A stretch of 64,000 bases of DNA from Macrostomum lignano (Eukaryota). Position 1 is the first letter of the stretch; every line of letters begins with the position of its first letter. The stretch lies in contig NIVC01000084.1 of the NCBI GenBank assembly GCA_002269645.1, positions 310,001 through 374,000 of the forward strand. The letters are read 5' to 3'. The notes under the pieces were generated by a model. That model saw only the letters and a list, made by a program, of their open reading frames with translations, did not search any database and was not told the origin of the DNA. Below, in pieces: positions 26,358-38,697 of this stretch. Both the position numbers and the translations under genes were made by a program.

Positions 26358-26533
26358 TCACCAGCATAGGCGTCAGGCAGAAAGCCTGACTGCTGTCCAT
26401 CTGGGCTGTCAATCAGCATGGAGTAAGCAAGCATGGCTTCGACATAGCGCTTCTCTCGTAGATGTGTATCGGCTTCAGCCAATGGTGTGGCTCTGTTGCC
26501 ACTTGCTGAGCTCTGCTGCTTGCTCTGATGCTT
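25549..26533 (-). CDS. TPR-repeat protein with two predicted C-terminal transmembrane segments; exons 26533..26362 and 26051..25549, 5' end uncertain
   Basis: Splice join YAG/RSECL is in frame. TPR-like helices AEADTHLREKRYVEAMLAYS..DADRVCLLRPRWPRGHALRGEALLAGGQPAEALAAFREAARLDPGD; hydrophobic VLLAAGLALLLALLDL and LLPAWLLYSLAYCLSFSCCFGIGW. A possible ATG micro-exon at 26575-26573 would need a 39-nt intron. Confidence 0.75.
26090..26357 (-). repeat. (TCTG)n microsatellite with TTAGTG interruptions in the TPR-gene intron
   Basis: Plus strand (GACA)n and (CTAAGACA)n. Confidence 0.95.
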
Positions 26534-27666
26534 CTAAAGAAAGAATGGATACTCAAGGTAAAGATAAGATACCATTCTGGTCCTTTGTGCCATGTCTTGA
26601 AATAAAAAAAACAACTAAATTGTTATAGCAAAGGTGTAAAAAGGCATGAAATAATATGATTTTTTCTTTCATATTTTATGTTTTAAATTAATTTTCTCTG
26701 AAAAATTTGAAAATTAAAAATTTATTAAATGAAGATATTCTATAGCGGCCTATTTAGCTTAAAAAGACTTTGAAAGCCTAAATATTGTTTAAAATTTAGT
26801 AGAAATTCATTAAGTCTTAATGCCTAATGTCAAAAACTTCAATCATCTAAACAGATATATATGTGTGGAATACCCAGTTGACCTAGCTAAACTAGTTAGG
26901 CCACACTCAGGAAGGTTACATGTAAGCCAGAATTTTCCAGGGTACCATTGAAGAGTTTGTCTGTTTTAGTGTACCACTTTGAGCTCAAGAAATTTTGGCA
27001 TACCAATTTTGGTGAATAAATTCATGCTATGTATAAAAATTGTAATGTAAATTAACCCTTTTTAGTTTTTATGTAAAATGAAGGAGAATTTGTATAGGCT
27101 AGAAAGTCAGTGATAAACTTTTTGCTTTTAAAAAATTAACAATAAATAAAACTAGTGTAAATGATTGCTAAGAACATAATTATGCATTATTTTTTCTGTA
27201 GGTTTAATTTAAGTTTGTTTGAAATGAAAATATTTGTAAATTTGAAAGACTTTTGTACAAAAGCCTTTCTTAGAAAACTCTACTTGTGACCTTTGACCTT
27301 TTTAGGAGGAATTTTTGGCATATATTCTAGTGAATTTTTTTGGCATACACTGGCGTACATTTAGCTGAGATAGGATTCTTTTTTTGGCGTATACTACTAC
27401 ACAATCTGAACTGTGGTAGTTGGGTAACAAAGTAGCTAATGTGGATAATGTTGCAAAACTAATCAAACTAAGTACCAAAAATTGTAAAAGGGATATATAT
27501 ATAACACAAAATATAATGAAACAAAAGAACCAATAAATCATAATAAAAAAGAAGAAACATAAGAAAAGCCAAAAAATAGAAAGAGAAAATATTTAAATTG
27601 CAGATACAAAGCTAGGACCTAAGACTAAGTTTAGGTAGTTATTAAGTTCTACATGCATTTACCTAG

Positions 27667-28767
27667 TGTGATGACGTACAGTGCAGTGTGCTGCCGTGTG
27701 AGAGGGGGTTGGGGGAAGTGGGGTAGGAATGTTCGTTATCGCGATGCGTCACCCATTGCTTGCTTGCTGTTCTTTCCTTCCTTTCCTTTTCCCCCTTTTA
27801 ATTTGCGTACATGTATGAGAGACCCTCGAGGGTCTTTGTTGCTTGCGTACGGCGCTCGCTAAATATATAGAAGCGACTGGCTCTTTCGGAGCCTCAACCT
27901 TACTTCTGTAGTAGACACGGTCTACAAAAGTGGTGTGATGACATACAGTGTAGTGTGTTGTTGTGTGAGAGGGGGTTGGGGGAAGTGGGGTAGGAATGTT
28001 CATTATCGCGATGCGTCACCCATTGCTTGCTTGCTGTTCTTTCCTTCAGTCGCAACTGCACCGGCCGCCCTGTATACTGGCCGAGTCTGGACTCGAACAC
28101 ACCGGAATACTGCTTCAGCAGGTCGCGGATCTTAGGATGCTCACCGCTCTGATGCAACTGCATCTGCTTGATCTCGCGCCAGTCCAGGGGCAGATTGGCC
28201 AGCCAGTCTTGGCCAATTAGATCTGAACCGGAGCCATCTACCACGAGCAGTGGCAGGACCTTGGCAGCCTCCTCGGCGCGCACGCGAACGCGGATCCTGC
28301 CCAGCACGGGGACCGGCTCGCCCGAGTACGTTCGTAGCATCGTGCCAGCAGGCTCGAGCTTGGGCCGCTCCAGCAGCAGTGAGCGATAGGTCCTGGCAGA
28401 TATTAGCGAAACTGACGCACCTGTGTCAATCTCCATACGGACGGGTATATCGTCAATTGTAACCGTCGTCTCAATAGGAGGGACCTTGCTCGTCCTTGTC
28501 GCCACTTTTGTAGACCGTGTCTACTACAGAAGTAAGGTTGAGGCTCCGAAAGAGCCAGTTGCTTCTATATATTTAGCGAGCGCCGTACGCAAGCAACAAA
28601 GACCCTCGAGGGTCTCTCATACATGTACGCAAATCAAAAGGGGGAAAAGGAAAGGAAGGAAAGAACAGCAAGCAAGCAATGGGTGACGCATCGCGATAAG
28701 AACATTCCTACCCCACTTCCCCCAACCCCCTCTCACACAACAACACACTACACTGTACGTCATCACA
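27667..28767. mobile_element. Rearranged Ty3/gypsy derivative: LTR(+) 27667-27926, partial LTR(+) 27934-28047, aspartic protease fragment(-) about 28048-28490, PBS + LTR(-) 28509-28767; TSD CCTAG
   Basis: LTRs run TGTGATG..TCTACA; PBS-like TGGCGACAAGG follows the minus-strand LTR. Protease motif MEIDTGASVSLI..DLIGQDWL. cctag at 27662-27666 and 28768-28772. Confidence 0.88.
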
Positions 28768-29731
28768 CCTAGTCATCTACCTTTTCTATGAGCTGAGATA
28801 CCTATGTCATGATTAAATTGTAAATATAGATTAAGATTCATTTATTTATTTTATCAACATTATTTAATAGATTATGTAATTTTATCTATTATATAAAACA
28901 TACAAAAATACTATAAAACATGCACTACAATAAGGCGGGGCCTATTAAAAATATACTAAATTAGATAGGCCTATACAAAATAGTCTAAAGCCAAAGGTTA
29001 AATAATGTCTTTTCTCTACTTAATTAAAGTTTCTAAAATTTCCTAAAGTTACAAATGCCAAATGTTAATATTTTCATCATTAAAATTGCAGTTATAAAAT
29101 ACTTTGTTAAAATCAAAAGCCTAGCAAGTTTTCTAAATTGATTAAGTTCAGCAAAACAAATATCAGCTACTTCCTATATACTATTACTACTAGGCCTAAA
29201 AACAGTGGAAATATTAAAAAAATCAACAATCATAAAAAATTAAAGCATAAACTATCAAAATGTCTAAAAATGAGGTGTTTATGTAGTTTTATGCAGTTTT
29301 AGAACTAGAATGTAGTGTTTAGAGCTACATCAAAAAAATCTAAATAATCGTAGAGGCTACAGCTAGTAAGCTAGTGAGTGACAGTGTAAGTAGAGACGTA
29401 GAGTAGAGGTTTTTGTCATTTGACATTTTCAAAACGTCTGTTTCCTGGAATGCTTCGTTTATGAAGTTTCGCCAAAACATCCTGCGGTATAACAAGTAGC
29501 TAGTTCACAAGAAAAGTTGAAATAAAGATTTTTTTGAAGTTCAGGTTAACTATATACTTTCTTCAATTTAATCGCAAACATTATTAGCGCTGTGTCCTTC
29601 TATATGCTTTGTTTAAAAATGTTCTACGCTAATTATTTTAACCCGAAAAACTGTTCAACTGTCAGCTGTGCATGCATGTCCATGCACTTTTTCGGAAGTG
29701 ACATGATGCTTTAAATCAGTGTTGATGAGAA

Positions 29732-29925
29732 GGGGGTGTAGCCTAGTGATTACAGCATCGGACTCACGAATTGAAGGTAAGTGGGTTCGATTCCCTATTC
29801 CACTAAAACAACAGCTGTGTCCTTGAGCAATAAGACACCTTAACTCTCGCATTGCTTCAGTTCACCTAATCTGTGCAAGCAAAGTGAGTGCCAGCATTAG
29901 CTGGGGTAATTGAGGGTTTGTGTGG
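29732..29925 (+). mobile_element. tRNA-derived SINE (A/B boxes plus CORE-like central domain), copy 1
   Basis: gggggtgtagcctagtg (A box), gggttcgattcc (B box), then gtccttgagcaa..cttaactct..cattgcttcagttcacc. A homologous copy lies on the minus strand at 50210-50445. Confidence 0.7.
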
Positions 29926-30159
29926 GAGAAAGTTCGAACTAAATTTTTATATATTAAACATGATACTGACTCTATCAAAGTCAACAGAATACAATTCTAG
30001 ATCTACATACATGTATGGTCTAATATTTCTTTGTTCAACTACATTAGAAACAGGCGACTATAGCTATTCAGTTTAAGACGAGCAACGAAAATACGTCATT
30101 GTATGGTCTCTGAAAGGTATTGGTTCCTAATTGGAGGCTGCCGTGAGGTTTGCGTGCAA

Positions 30160-31390
30160 CTTCTTGACTTACTTGACTTAGCTGCAGGGGCGTCCGGCGG
30201 ATGCATGAGCGAGGAGGCGCAGGAGACCACCCATTCCGCTAGGCCCTGGCGACCAATGACTTCCATCGAAGTGATGTCGCCCAGGGGAACCGGTCAGTCT
30301 TGCCTGCAGCGCGGTCCTCCTCACCAACGGTGGGGAAGAACTCAGCTCGTCCCGTGTCCCTGAGGTACCGGGCGAGCAGCGGGATGCTCTCGGGCCTGCA
30401 AACGTCGGAGAGAACCGGGTTTGGCCCAGGTGAGTGAGCCTGGCCCTGGTGAAAACCGCGGGCAGTGGCAGATAAAGTGTTCGGCGTTTTCACTGCCTGA
30501 GCGGCAGAAGGGGCACCGCTCCTCGGGTACCTGGCCCTGGAGGAAACGATGGCGGGAGAAGCAGCCATGCCCGGAGAGGGCCATGCTGACTGCTCTGAGG
30601 TCTCTGCGGTTGAGCCTGAGGAGGGCTCTACGCAGGAGAGGAGAGGGACAGGGGACGGCAGCACGGGATTGCCTACAATTCCGGGTGTCGTGCCACCTGC
30701 GGTGATGCTCGGAGTCAGCCCAGCGCTTAACGCGGGATTTGATCACCGAGGCGGGGATGGGGGCTCCCGGGCCCGGCCCCAGCAGCGCGCTGGCGGAGCC
30801 AGCCTTGGCCAGCAGGTCAGCGCGCTCGTTGCCGAGGAAACCAGCGTGGCCCGGGATCCATCTGAGCTCAACCTGGTTGCCTAGCGCAAGCCCGTTGAGC
30901 TGGGTGTTGCAGTCCAGGACGGACCTGGAGCTGTTGGTGCTGCGGCAAAGGGCCCGAAGGGCTGCTTGGCTGTCAGAGTGAAAAATAAATTTCCGACCGC
31001 TAAGCTGCCTTCGGCGCAGCTCTGCCGCGCAGGAGCTGATGGCGAGCACCTCGCTCTGAAAAACACTGGAGTTGAGGCCAGTGTGCTGGGAGTAGCTCCA
31101 CACCACTTCTCCCTTGAAGAAGATGCAAGCTCCGAAGCCTGAACGAACATCCCTCATAGAGCCGTCAGTGTAACAGTGGACTTCAGAATCGCTCCAGCTG
31201 TCACTCGCCTCGTGTCGAGGCTGAATAGTGACCTTATACCTTTGGCTCAGGAGAAGGGGGTTTGCGTGCAAACAGCTGTCATAATTATTTTGAAAGTCTC
31301 CATTAATATTATATTGCTGAGAGTCATCTAGGCCATAACTATACTTAAAGTTTTTGTAAAAATCAGAAATTTGTTCTGACACAGTGGTGC
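30160..31390 (-). mobile_element. 5'-truncated non-LTR retrotransposon with RNase H and C-terminal Cys/His knuckle
   Basis: YTDGS..SVFQSEVLAI..HSDSQAAL..WIPGHAGFLGNERADLLAK; CPFCRSGSENAEHFICHCP; frameshift near the C-terminus; short tandem 3' tail (aagtc repeats). Confidence 0.88.
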
Positions 31391-31532
31391 AGTTTAGTGG
31401 AATGGAATAGAAGTTACACAGCTGCGAAACAGAGTTTCATATACCGGTACATTGTTGTCATTGCGTTAAACAGAGATATCATACTGTATTGCTGACATTG
31501 CGATTGTACATTTACATGTAACATAGTTTAAA

Positions 31533-32482
31533 TCAATGAATAGCAGCGAAGAATTCGCAGATCTCGCTTTCGGAAATGAAGCCGCTGCTCATCATGGCGA
31601 TGGCTCGCACAGTTCCTTTGAACATTTGAAGGTCATTGAGTCGCTTGCCGAACCTTAAGTAGAACTGAGGCAGCAGAGTGTAGCTAGAATTAGCAATCAG
31701 GCTGAGAAGGAGGCCGTCGGCAAGAAGGCGTCGTTCACGAATACTCCCCACGAGCCAGCCGCTAGAGTCGATGTGAAGCCTATGTTCACCTACTCGTTGG
31801 CGTTCGAAGTCAGCGCAGTTGTCAAAGATAATTGATATAACGTGTGGGAGCGGCACCGGCTTCGGTTTTGATCACGAAAAGGAGTTTTGATGATGCGTTG
31901 TACTCTCAGATACGGGGGTAGTAGGGTCCGGTTTCAAAGTCAGCACAGTTTAGAAAATCAAAGAAGGCCTGCACCTGCGGCTGGTCTCAAATTCGGTTGG
32001 TCTCTTCGTCAGCCTGGCACACGACATTCTCAAATGCAGACATGTCGTCTCCGAGCCACACGTTTGTGAGCTTCGGGTTGAGCTGAGCCGGATATTTGAT
32101 CGGAAATCGGATGAGCACTCGGCAGTCGCTGCTCGCACCGCCAGAGACAAAGTCGCGACACATGGACTGGTAGCGGAAGAGACTGCAGCGGAGAGAGGCC
32201 GGCTTGAACTGGGCCACAATGATTCCGACTTTCTGCTTGTTGGACACGATCGCAGAGCAGTGCACATCGCTGCATGCTCGCCTGCGCTCGGTAAATCGCG
32301 CGGCGACCTCCGACAGGCACCGCACCTGCACCTGAGTCCAGGTGTCTCCGATCCGGCAGCATGTCAGAAAGCCCAACAGCAGTTGTATCGACAACCTAAA
32401 AACGTCTGAAATGAAATTAGAACCCTTGATATTTTTAAAGTCAATTTATTGACAGTCTGACAGCAGTTTTACCTTTCTTCAT
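31533..32482 (-). pseudogene. PAN/LamG-like family copy 1 (pseudogene); exon 1 32482..32473, exon 2 from 32405
   Basis: Homologous to copies 2-5. About 125-bp internal deletion after ETNRI gives a stop at 31987; further W-to-stop changes and frameshifts lie in the 3' half. Confidence 0.88.
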
Positions 32483-34270
32483 GTACAAAATATGCTGCAA
32501 GAATGAAAAAGTGAGTAAGAATACATATAATAATTTAATGTCTTCAAAAGCAGAATTTCTGACAAAGCTAAACCGCTGTATTTAAAGATTTCACCCCGAC
32601 TTTCCTATATCCATCGTCTACTCTTCTATTAGCTTTTCCTAGCGATAGTCAAACATTGAAATAATTGAGACAACTCTCAGGATAAATGAGCTAATGGGCA
32701 TTGCTGGAATACTTGAGGCTGTTAAATTAGCCACCACTTAAACTACCAGGTTTGGTGAGCAGCCTAGCTTTTCCCACCTCCACTATCAGCACAATATAGG
32801 AAAAAATACGGTTAGTGCTAGCACCGCGATCTATAGGGTGAACGTGAACGTTTTTTACCATATTCGGTCAGTTTCGAGGAATCATGCGTTAACTGATGGT
32901 ACGCATAAATCTGATCACTATGGATTAGTCCTAGAGGCTCAAAGATCCAGAGATCCAGAAGGTGAGATATTGTGAACTTCTCACTGAGTGAAAAACTAAA
33001 AACTTCTTATCTCGCTAACGTAATGCACAGCGAAAACCAGACAACAACGAAAATTTGCGCAAATTCGAGTGCGTAAGCGTCTTACAAGGTAATTTCTCGA
33101 AATGCAGCAGCACATTATGTCGGGCTAGCTTTTGTAATAACTTGCACATTAATTTTCATAATAGCTACGTAATTTCCACATGCAGAATTTAGCTGTGTAC
33201 TATATACGAAGTACTACTGGAACTTCTGATGCTGTTTGTGAACATGCATGGTTGAGCCAAGGACAACTTAAGTAGAAGGACGCAACACTCGAAATCTATG
33301 GTGAATGTTTTGAAGGCAACTTTTCGCCGAAAAATACACGACGGAGATAGGAGGTTTTGATTTTTTCAGCACAAAAATTGCTATTGCTTTTGATAGGAGA
33401 AAAACGCAATGTTCATCTTTTGATATGCTGTCCCTTTCTTATAGCTCTATCGATATTCATAAAGCATTTGTTCAGAAAATTGGAATTCAATGTTTAATTC
33501 TTATTCTACGTACATTTGCATGTCTCCTGTGCCTAAAAATCATTAAAATGGCACGGCTCAGCTCATTGGTTTTATGAATCCATTTTGTCATTCTTAGCTG
33601 ACTGTGTAACAAAAGATTCACAAGAGATTCACAAAACCAAAAATTCGAGCTGTGTCATGCATTTTTATGATTTTTGGGCACAGGAAATGTACGTAGAATA
33701 AAAAATTAGCATGGAATCCTAATTTTCTGAACAAGAAACTGTTTTGTATGTGCCGTCTAATATTGCAATAATTTAATATTTACAAGAGAGCTGCAGTCAC
33801 CCTAGCGAAGCGCCTTCGGCGACATCGTACCTTAACCATGCGCTTTGATGCAATTCTGCTCATTCCGCCGACTCCTTAGCGCATACAAGCGCACTAATAC
33901 TGTAAGCCGGCATCGGGATTTTGCCCTCGTGAGTTTGAATCGCATAACAACTCCTAGGTCAATGCTCGCACACAAGCCCAAATGAATGTGGCAAATCAAT
34001 GACAAAATAATACGAATGTACATGCATACGCTACCGCCAAGCCTTCCACTGAGTGGCTAGCGGGAGACGTATTTTGTTGTTTTGGTTGTACTTCACTGTG
34101 CATTCTGTATGCTGGTTTCGAGAAAGTGAAAACATCTAGTAAAAATTAAAACACTAATTAGGACAATTACATATATGCTCGCATTCCTGCCCAATCAAAT
34201 AAATTAAGACACAAAAATGTAACATCTTCGACATAAGTGTAAGCTTAGAAACCCAAAAACCATCATGAGT

Positions 34271-35382
34271 TCACAGTTTAAACTGTAGCGAGTTCACCAG
34301 TTGCTGCATGAGCTGCTCCTCACGGAAGGCGGCAAAGAAGTTTCGAATCTCGGTTTCGTTCATGAAGCTGCTGCCGATTGCGATGGCCCTGACCGAGCCT
34401 TTGAACAGAGTGGTATAATTGTGTCGTTTGCCGAACAGAAAGCAGAACTTCGATACCGAAATAGAAGTATTTACAGTTTGAAGATCAATGGCAGACGGCG
34501 GCAAGAAGGAGCCGTTCACAAACATTCCATAAGAGTCCGTTGTCGGTGTCGACGTGAATCTGACGTCGATCCACTCGCCGGCATTCACAGTGAGAATGGC
34601 TGGCGACATGAGTCTGTTACGTACTGCATTGGTACCGTAGAAGTTGACGTAGAGCCTTGATACTGAGGAATACTCCCAAACGTGGTGGTAGTAAGGCGAT
34701 GTGGCAAAGTTGGCGCAGTCCAGGAACTCAATCAGCGGCTGCACCTGCGGCTGCCGCTTCATTCTGAGCAGCACCGTGACGCCTGTGCCGAACCCGATGT
34801 TGCTCTTGTTCATGGCCAGAAACGAGCTGCTCCCATCGAACGCGGCGCCCTCCTCTGTCCACTGGACTCCGACCGGATAAATTCGGTTGATCTCTTCGTC
34901 AGCCTGGCACACGACATTCTCAAATGCAGACATGTCGTCTCCGAGCCACACGTTTGTGAGCTTCGGGTTGAGCTGAGCCGGATATTTGATCGGAAATCGG
35001 ATGAGCACTCGGCAGTCGCTGCTCGCACCGCCAGAGACAAAGTCGCGACACACGGACTGGTAGCGGAAGAGAGTGCAGTGGAGAGAGGCCGGCTCGAACT
35101 GGGCAACGGGAATGCCGGATAAGACAGAGCTGGATGCCAGCATGCAGCAGTGCTTGTGGCTGACAGCCTCGGAGATGCGGAATGCGGCAGCATCGGACAG
35201 GCAGTGCACCTGCACCTGAGTCCAGGTGTCTCCGGTCCTGCACTGGCAGGCAGTCATAAAAGCCATCAACTCAAGCCACGCCAGCAGAAAAGAAACTGAA
35301 GGTTTTGACGGTCAAATTGCTTTTTTAAATCAAGGATTCGAATGAAACGGCATGCTTGTGCTTATTTCTTACCTGTACACAT
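34271..35382 (-). CDS. Secreted PAN/Apple-like + LamG/ConA-like protein, copy 2; complement(join(34271..35295,35373..35382)), 344 aa
   Basis: 10-nt ATG exon, 77-nt GT-AG intron, hydrophobic signal (VSFLLAWLELMAFM). Cys-rich N-domain, then LamG-like FDGSSSFL..TVLLRMK..WIDVRF..MFVNG..FKGSVRAIAI. Domain names come from motif recognition only. Confidence 0.8.
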
Positions 35383-36199
35383 TTTGACGTCAATTTTTGG
35401 TGTCCAATATTGCTAGATTTTTTCAATGTTCAAGCCGAAATTTGCCTGTCTGGCTTTTACGCTCGTAGACTGTGTTTAACTTTCCTCTGACTCTGGGCCG
35501 GCCCTACATGCACGTACATGTATATAGTCGAGTGCCAGAGCGCCTGATAGAGATATTGTAAGGCACCTCTCTAGAAAAGTGTATCACTCCTTTCCCGTTG
35601 CTTTGGGCTACCATTGTCAGTTTAAACAAAATTTTGCTTGCCACTGCGCCTCATCAACTGGCTGCATTTTTAATGAGCCTGCCATTGTTCCCAAAACTCT
35701 GAAAAACTTCTTTAGCTGCAGATGAATAGCGAAACGGGTCTGGCTGAAACTCTGCTTCAAGACTTCTTCCAGCGTTTGGAAGAATCATTTGCCAATTAAT
35801 TCCAAATACGCTCGTAGAATAGCCAATGCAGCCTTCGCCCCCCCCCATCCTTAGCAAGTGAAGCTGCCTCTTGGCAGATATGAATACCGTTAATGAGACA
35901 CAGCAAGCCTATCCCTTGATGTAGGCGTCTCAGTTGCATGACTGCAGCCGCTTGCAGTGGCCTCTCATCCACCGTTTCGCTTGAATTTTTAAATAGGATT
36001 TGCAGACAATGCAAAGAAGTTCAGTTCAAAGGTTTCCATTGAATTGTTTGCTGCTGGAAGAAGTGGCTATGGAGAGATAGACAAAAGTACGAGTAAAAAT
36101 TCCATGCAGAGCTCTGAGGAAGAATCCATCTTCGTATAAAGTTAAATGTCTCCGATGTCTTGTCAACATGGCTTTACTTGAGTCTTCTTAAGATTTCGA

Positions 36200-37330
36200 A
36201 ATATTTTACGAAGCATCATTACCGTGGCTTAGGCCCTTCTCGACAATGCCTTGATCTACGTTAAAATGTGGATATAACGATGAAAAATCAACAGACAAAT
36301 TGGAGATAATCCAAGTCAACCTCTTAATCTCTTTTCGCAGATTATTTCGTCTGTCATTTGCACCTTAGTTTTTTTATTTCTTCATTCACAATCTCCATTT
36401 ATTTTAAGCGTTGAGTTCATGTCGCTGGCGGGCCACACCCCTCACCTTAGCTTTCTATCTTTCTTTTGGTTTAGCTGCTTGATGCAGTTTTAAGCGTACG
36501 ACAGCAAGCGACAATCGACGTCCAGTCGTCTAAGGATATGACTGCCGTACCCAACACCAGCAGCTGCTCTGCCGTACCCAAACATAATCCCTATAATGAG
36601 AGATCGCATTAGCTAATTCGAAACACTAGTTGTGCTTCAGATATATACGTCGTAGTTTCAAAGCTATACTGAAATTCAATAAATTAACATCAATAAAAAC
36701 TAATATAAATGACACATTAACAGTTAGACATATTTCAACTACGATTGATGACCATGCCAACCTTTCAAATAAAAAATTAAATGCAAAATTATGAGTTGCT
36801 AAGTCGAATTCGAAAGTTACGCCCGAGGTCAACCCAGTATTCCCCCCTCAACACTGCTAGGAAGGACGAGTTGAATGGATACATATACGAAGGCAGCCCT
36901 CCAGAAGAAGCAGTCTCAGCCGCACCTGTTGATGTCTCCGCCATTGCTTCCGCATCCGTCGTTGGTGGTGGTTGAGCAGGGCCAGATTCCAGCTGGCGGA
37001 GAATGTCAGAAATACTGGTTTCTGACCAAGGACTACTAGGTTGTTGTTGTTCATTCAAACTATCGGCCACATTGTCTCCTTGCCCTTGAGATTCTAAACC
37101 AAACTCCTCGAGAGGAATTCCGTATCCAATTCGGGCAGATCAGCACCATCTTCATCTATACTCGCAGAAAGCATCTCAGCGGTGACCGGCATACACTTGA
37201 GATCGCCTAAGTGAGCTCTCAGGTTCTCGAATTCGCTAACAGCCCTATGCCCCTCTTCTTGCTCTGCCACCACCAAGGCAATTATGCGCGGGCTTGCTCC
37301 CGATTCTCAGCCGAGTTCCAATTTATGACG
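36200..37330 (-). mobile_element. Highly decayed, possibly Penelope-type RT remnant
   Basis: Minus strand near 36300-36240 reads LSVDFSSLYPHFNVDQGIV, similar to the PLE RT motif SLDVxSLYxxI..EGI. Adjacent short ORFs have coding-like composition. Confidence 0.35.
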
Positions 37331-38697
37331 ATGTGGCTTCCATGTCTTTTTGATTGGCTTCTAGCCCAAATGCACACACACACAGATATGTTTACAAGGT
37401 ACATATTTGTATGCATACACGAATTATTTTCTTACCGTTATCGAACAATAAATAGTTATATATAATCCGTTTTTCCACGGAAATTCCTGCGGCAGAGTGC
37501 ACATAACTCCTACTAGCTTCATGGGTTTGTGTAGAGAGTTATTAAAACCATATCGTAATATCCTACTTAAAGTAATATTCTAAGAAAATCAATGCGCAAA
37601 TAGAGTGATTCGGAACCCTACGTAGAACCAACGTCTGTTTAATCAAGGAACCGGTTTCCAACAGCTGTATTTGCTTAACCCCATTTATGATAGTGCTCAA
37701 ACATACATGACAGCTTAATCAAACATGAATGACCTAAGTAAATATTTGATCCCAAACCGGGTTTGCCCCAAAATTTTGCTGCAAATATTAAGTGAAAATC
37801 CGAGTCAAAAACTGAGACTCACAGCGGTCTCTGAGAAGACTCCGAAGAAGCAAAGAAGAAGAAAAGGAGACCAATCTCTGAGGGACTAAGCTTGTCCGAT
37901 TGGTAAGCGTTTACCAGCTTTAGTTTTTTGTTGCTAGCATTACTAAGTGGATTAATTAAGTTTACGAGAGCAGTTTACTGACAACACATTTGAGAAAGGC
38001 ATCCTTGTTTCCTAGGATATATTCCTAGAGGATTTATTGATTGATTATCCGTTACGTTTCGGGCGTAAAGAAGAAGACGAACTTCAGGAGGACCTATTAC
38101 AAAAACTTGAAGAATTCAATTGTTTATAAGGGCGCACGTTCTATTGCTAATTCCGAGCTCGAAGACTATCAAGAAATTCTGATTTGCTCTCGTTTTGGTC
38201 GACCTACAGATAAAGCCAAGGATCCACAGAAGCCATCCGTCACTACAGCACAGCAAAGCTCGCTACACTCTTCAAGACAAGACGTTTGCAATTTACAGAG
38301 GAGTAAGAGTTATGTGATCTTACATATACCCAGGCACTTGTTCCCCAGTGTCTAGAAGCGGGAGTTTTTGAGTGACTGATCACCACTCCTAAACTCTTCA
38401 TTTGAATCGGATAACAACTCCTGCCAATGCTAGTACACAAGCCCAAATGAATGTGGCAAAATAAACGACAAAATATTACAGACGTACATGCATATGCTAC
38501 CACCAAGCATTCCACTGAGTGGCCTGGCAGGAGAATTACTTTGTTGTTTTTGTTGTTGTATTCCAATGTCTATTCTGTATGCTGGTTTCGAGAAAGTGTA
38601 AAACATCTGGTAGAAATTCAAACACTGCTTAGGACAATTATTTCTGCACAAAACAGATTTATTAGGACACAAAAAGATAAACCCTACTGACGTAAGC

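Noticed and set aside
29320-29480. Candidate first exon for the TPR gene (MFWRNFINE.. on the minus strand)
   Set aside because: No convincing splice donor in a compatible phase; the ORF ends after 46 codons.
29732-29810. Possible tRNA gene (also 50370-50445)
   Set aside because: Acceptor and anticodon stems do not pair well and the sequence continues into a shared SINE body; treated as a SINE head.
34682-35193. Antisense and alternate-frame ORFs repeated at each array copy (e.g. MLPPSA.., MQDRRH.., 55631-56224)
   Set aside because: Shadows of the GC-rich homogenised coding block; their recurrence reflects DNA identity, not independent genes.
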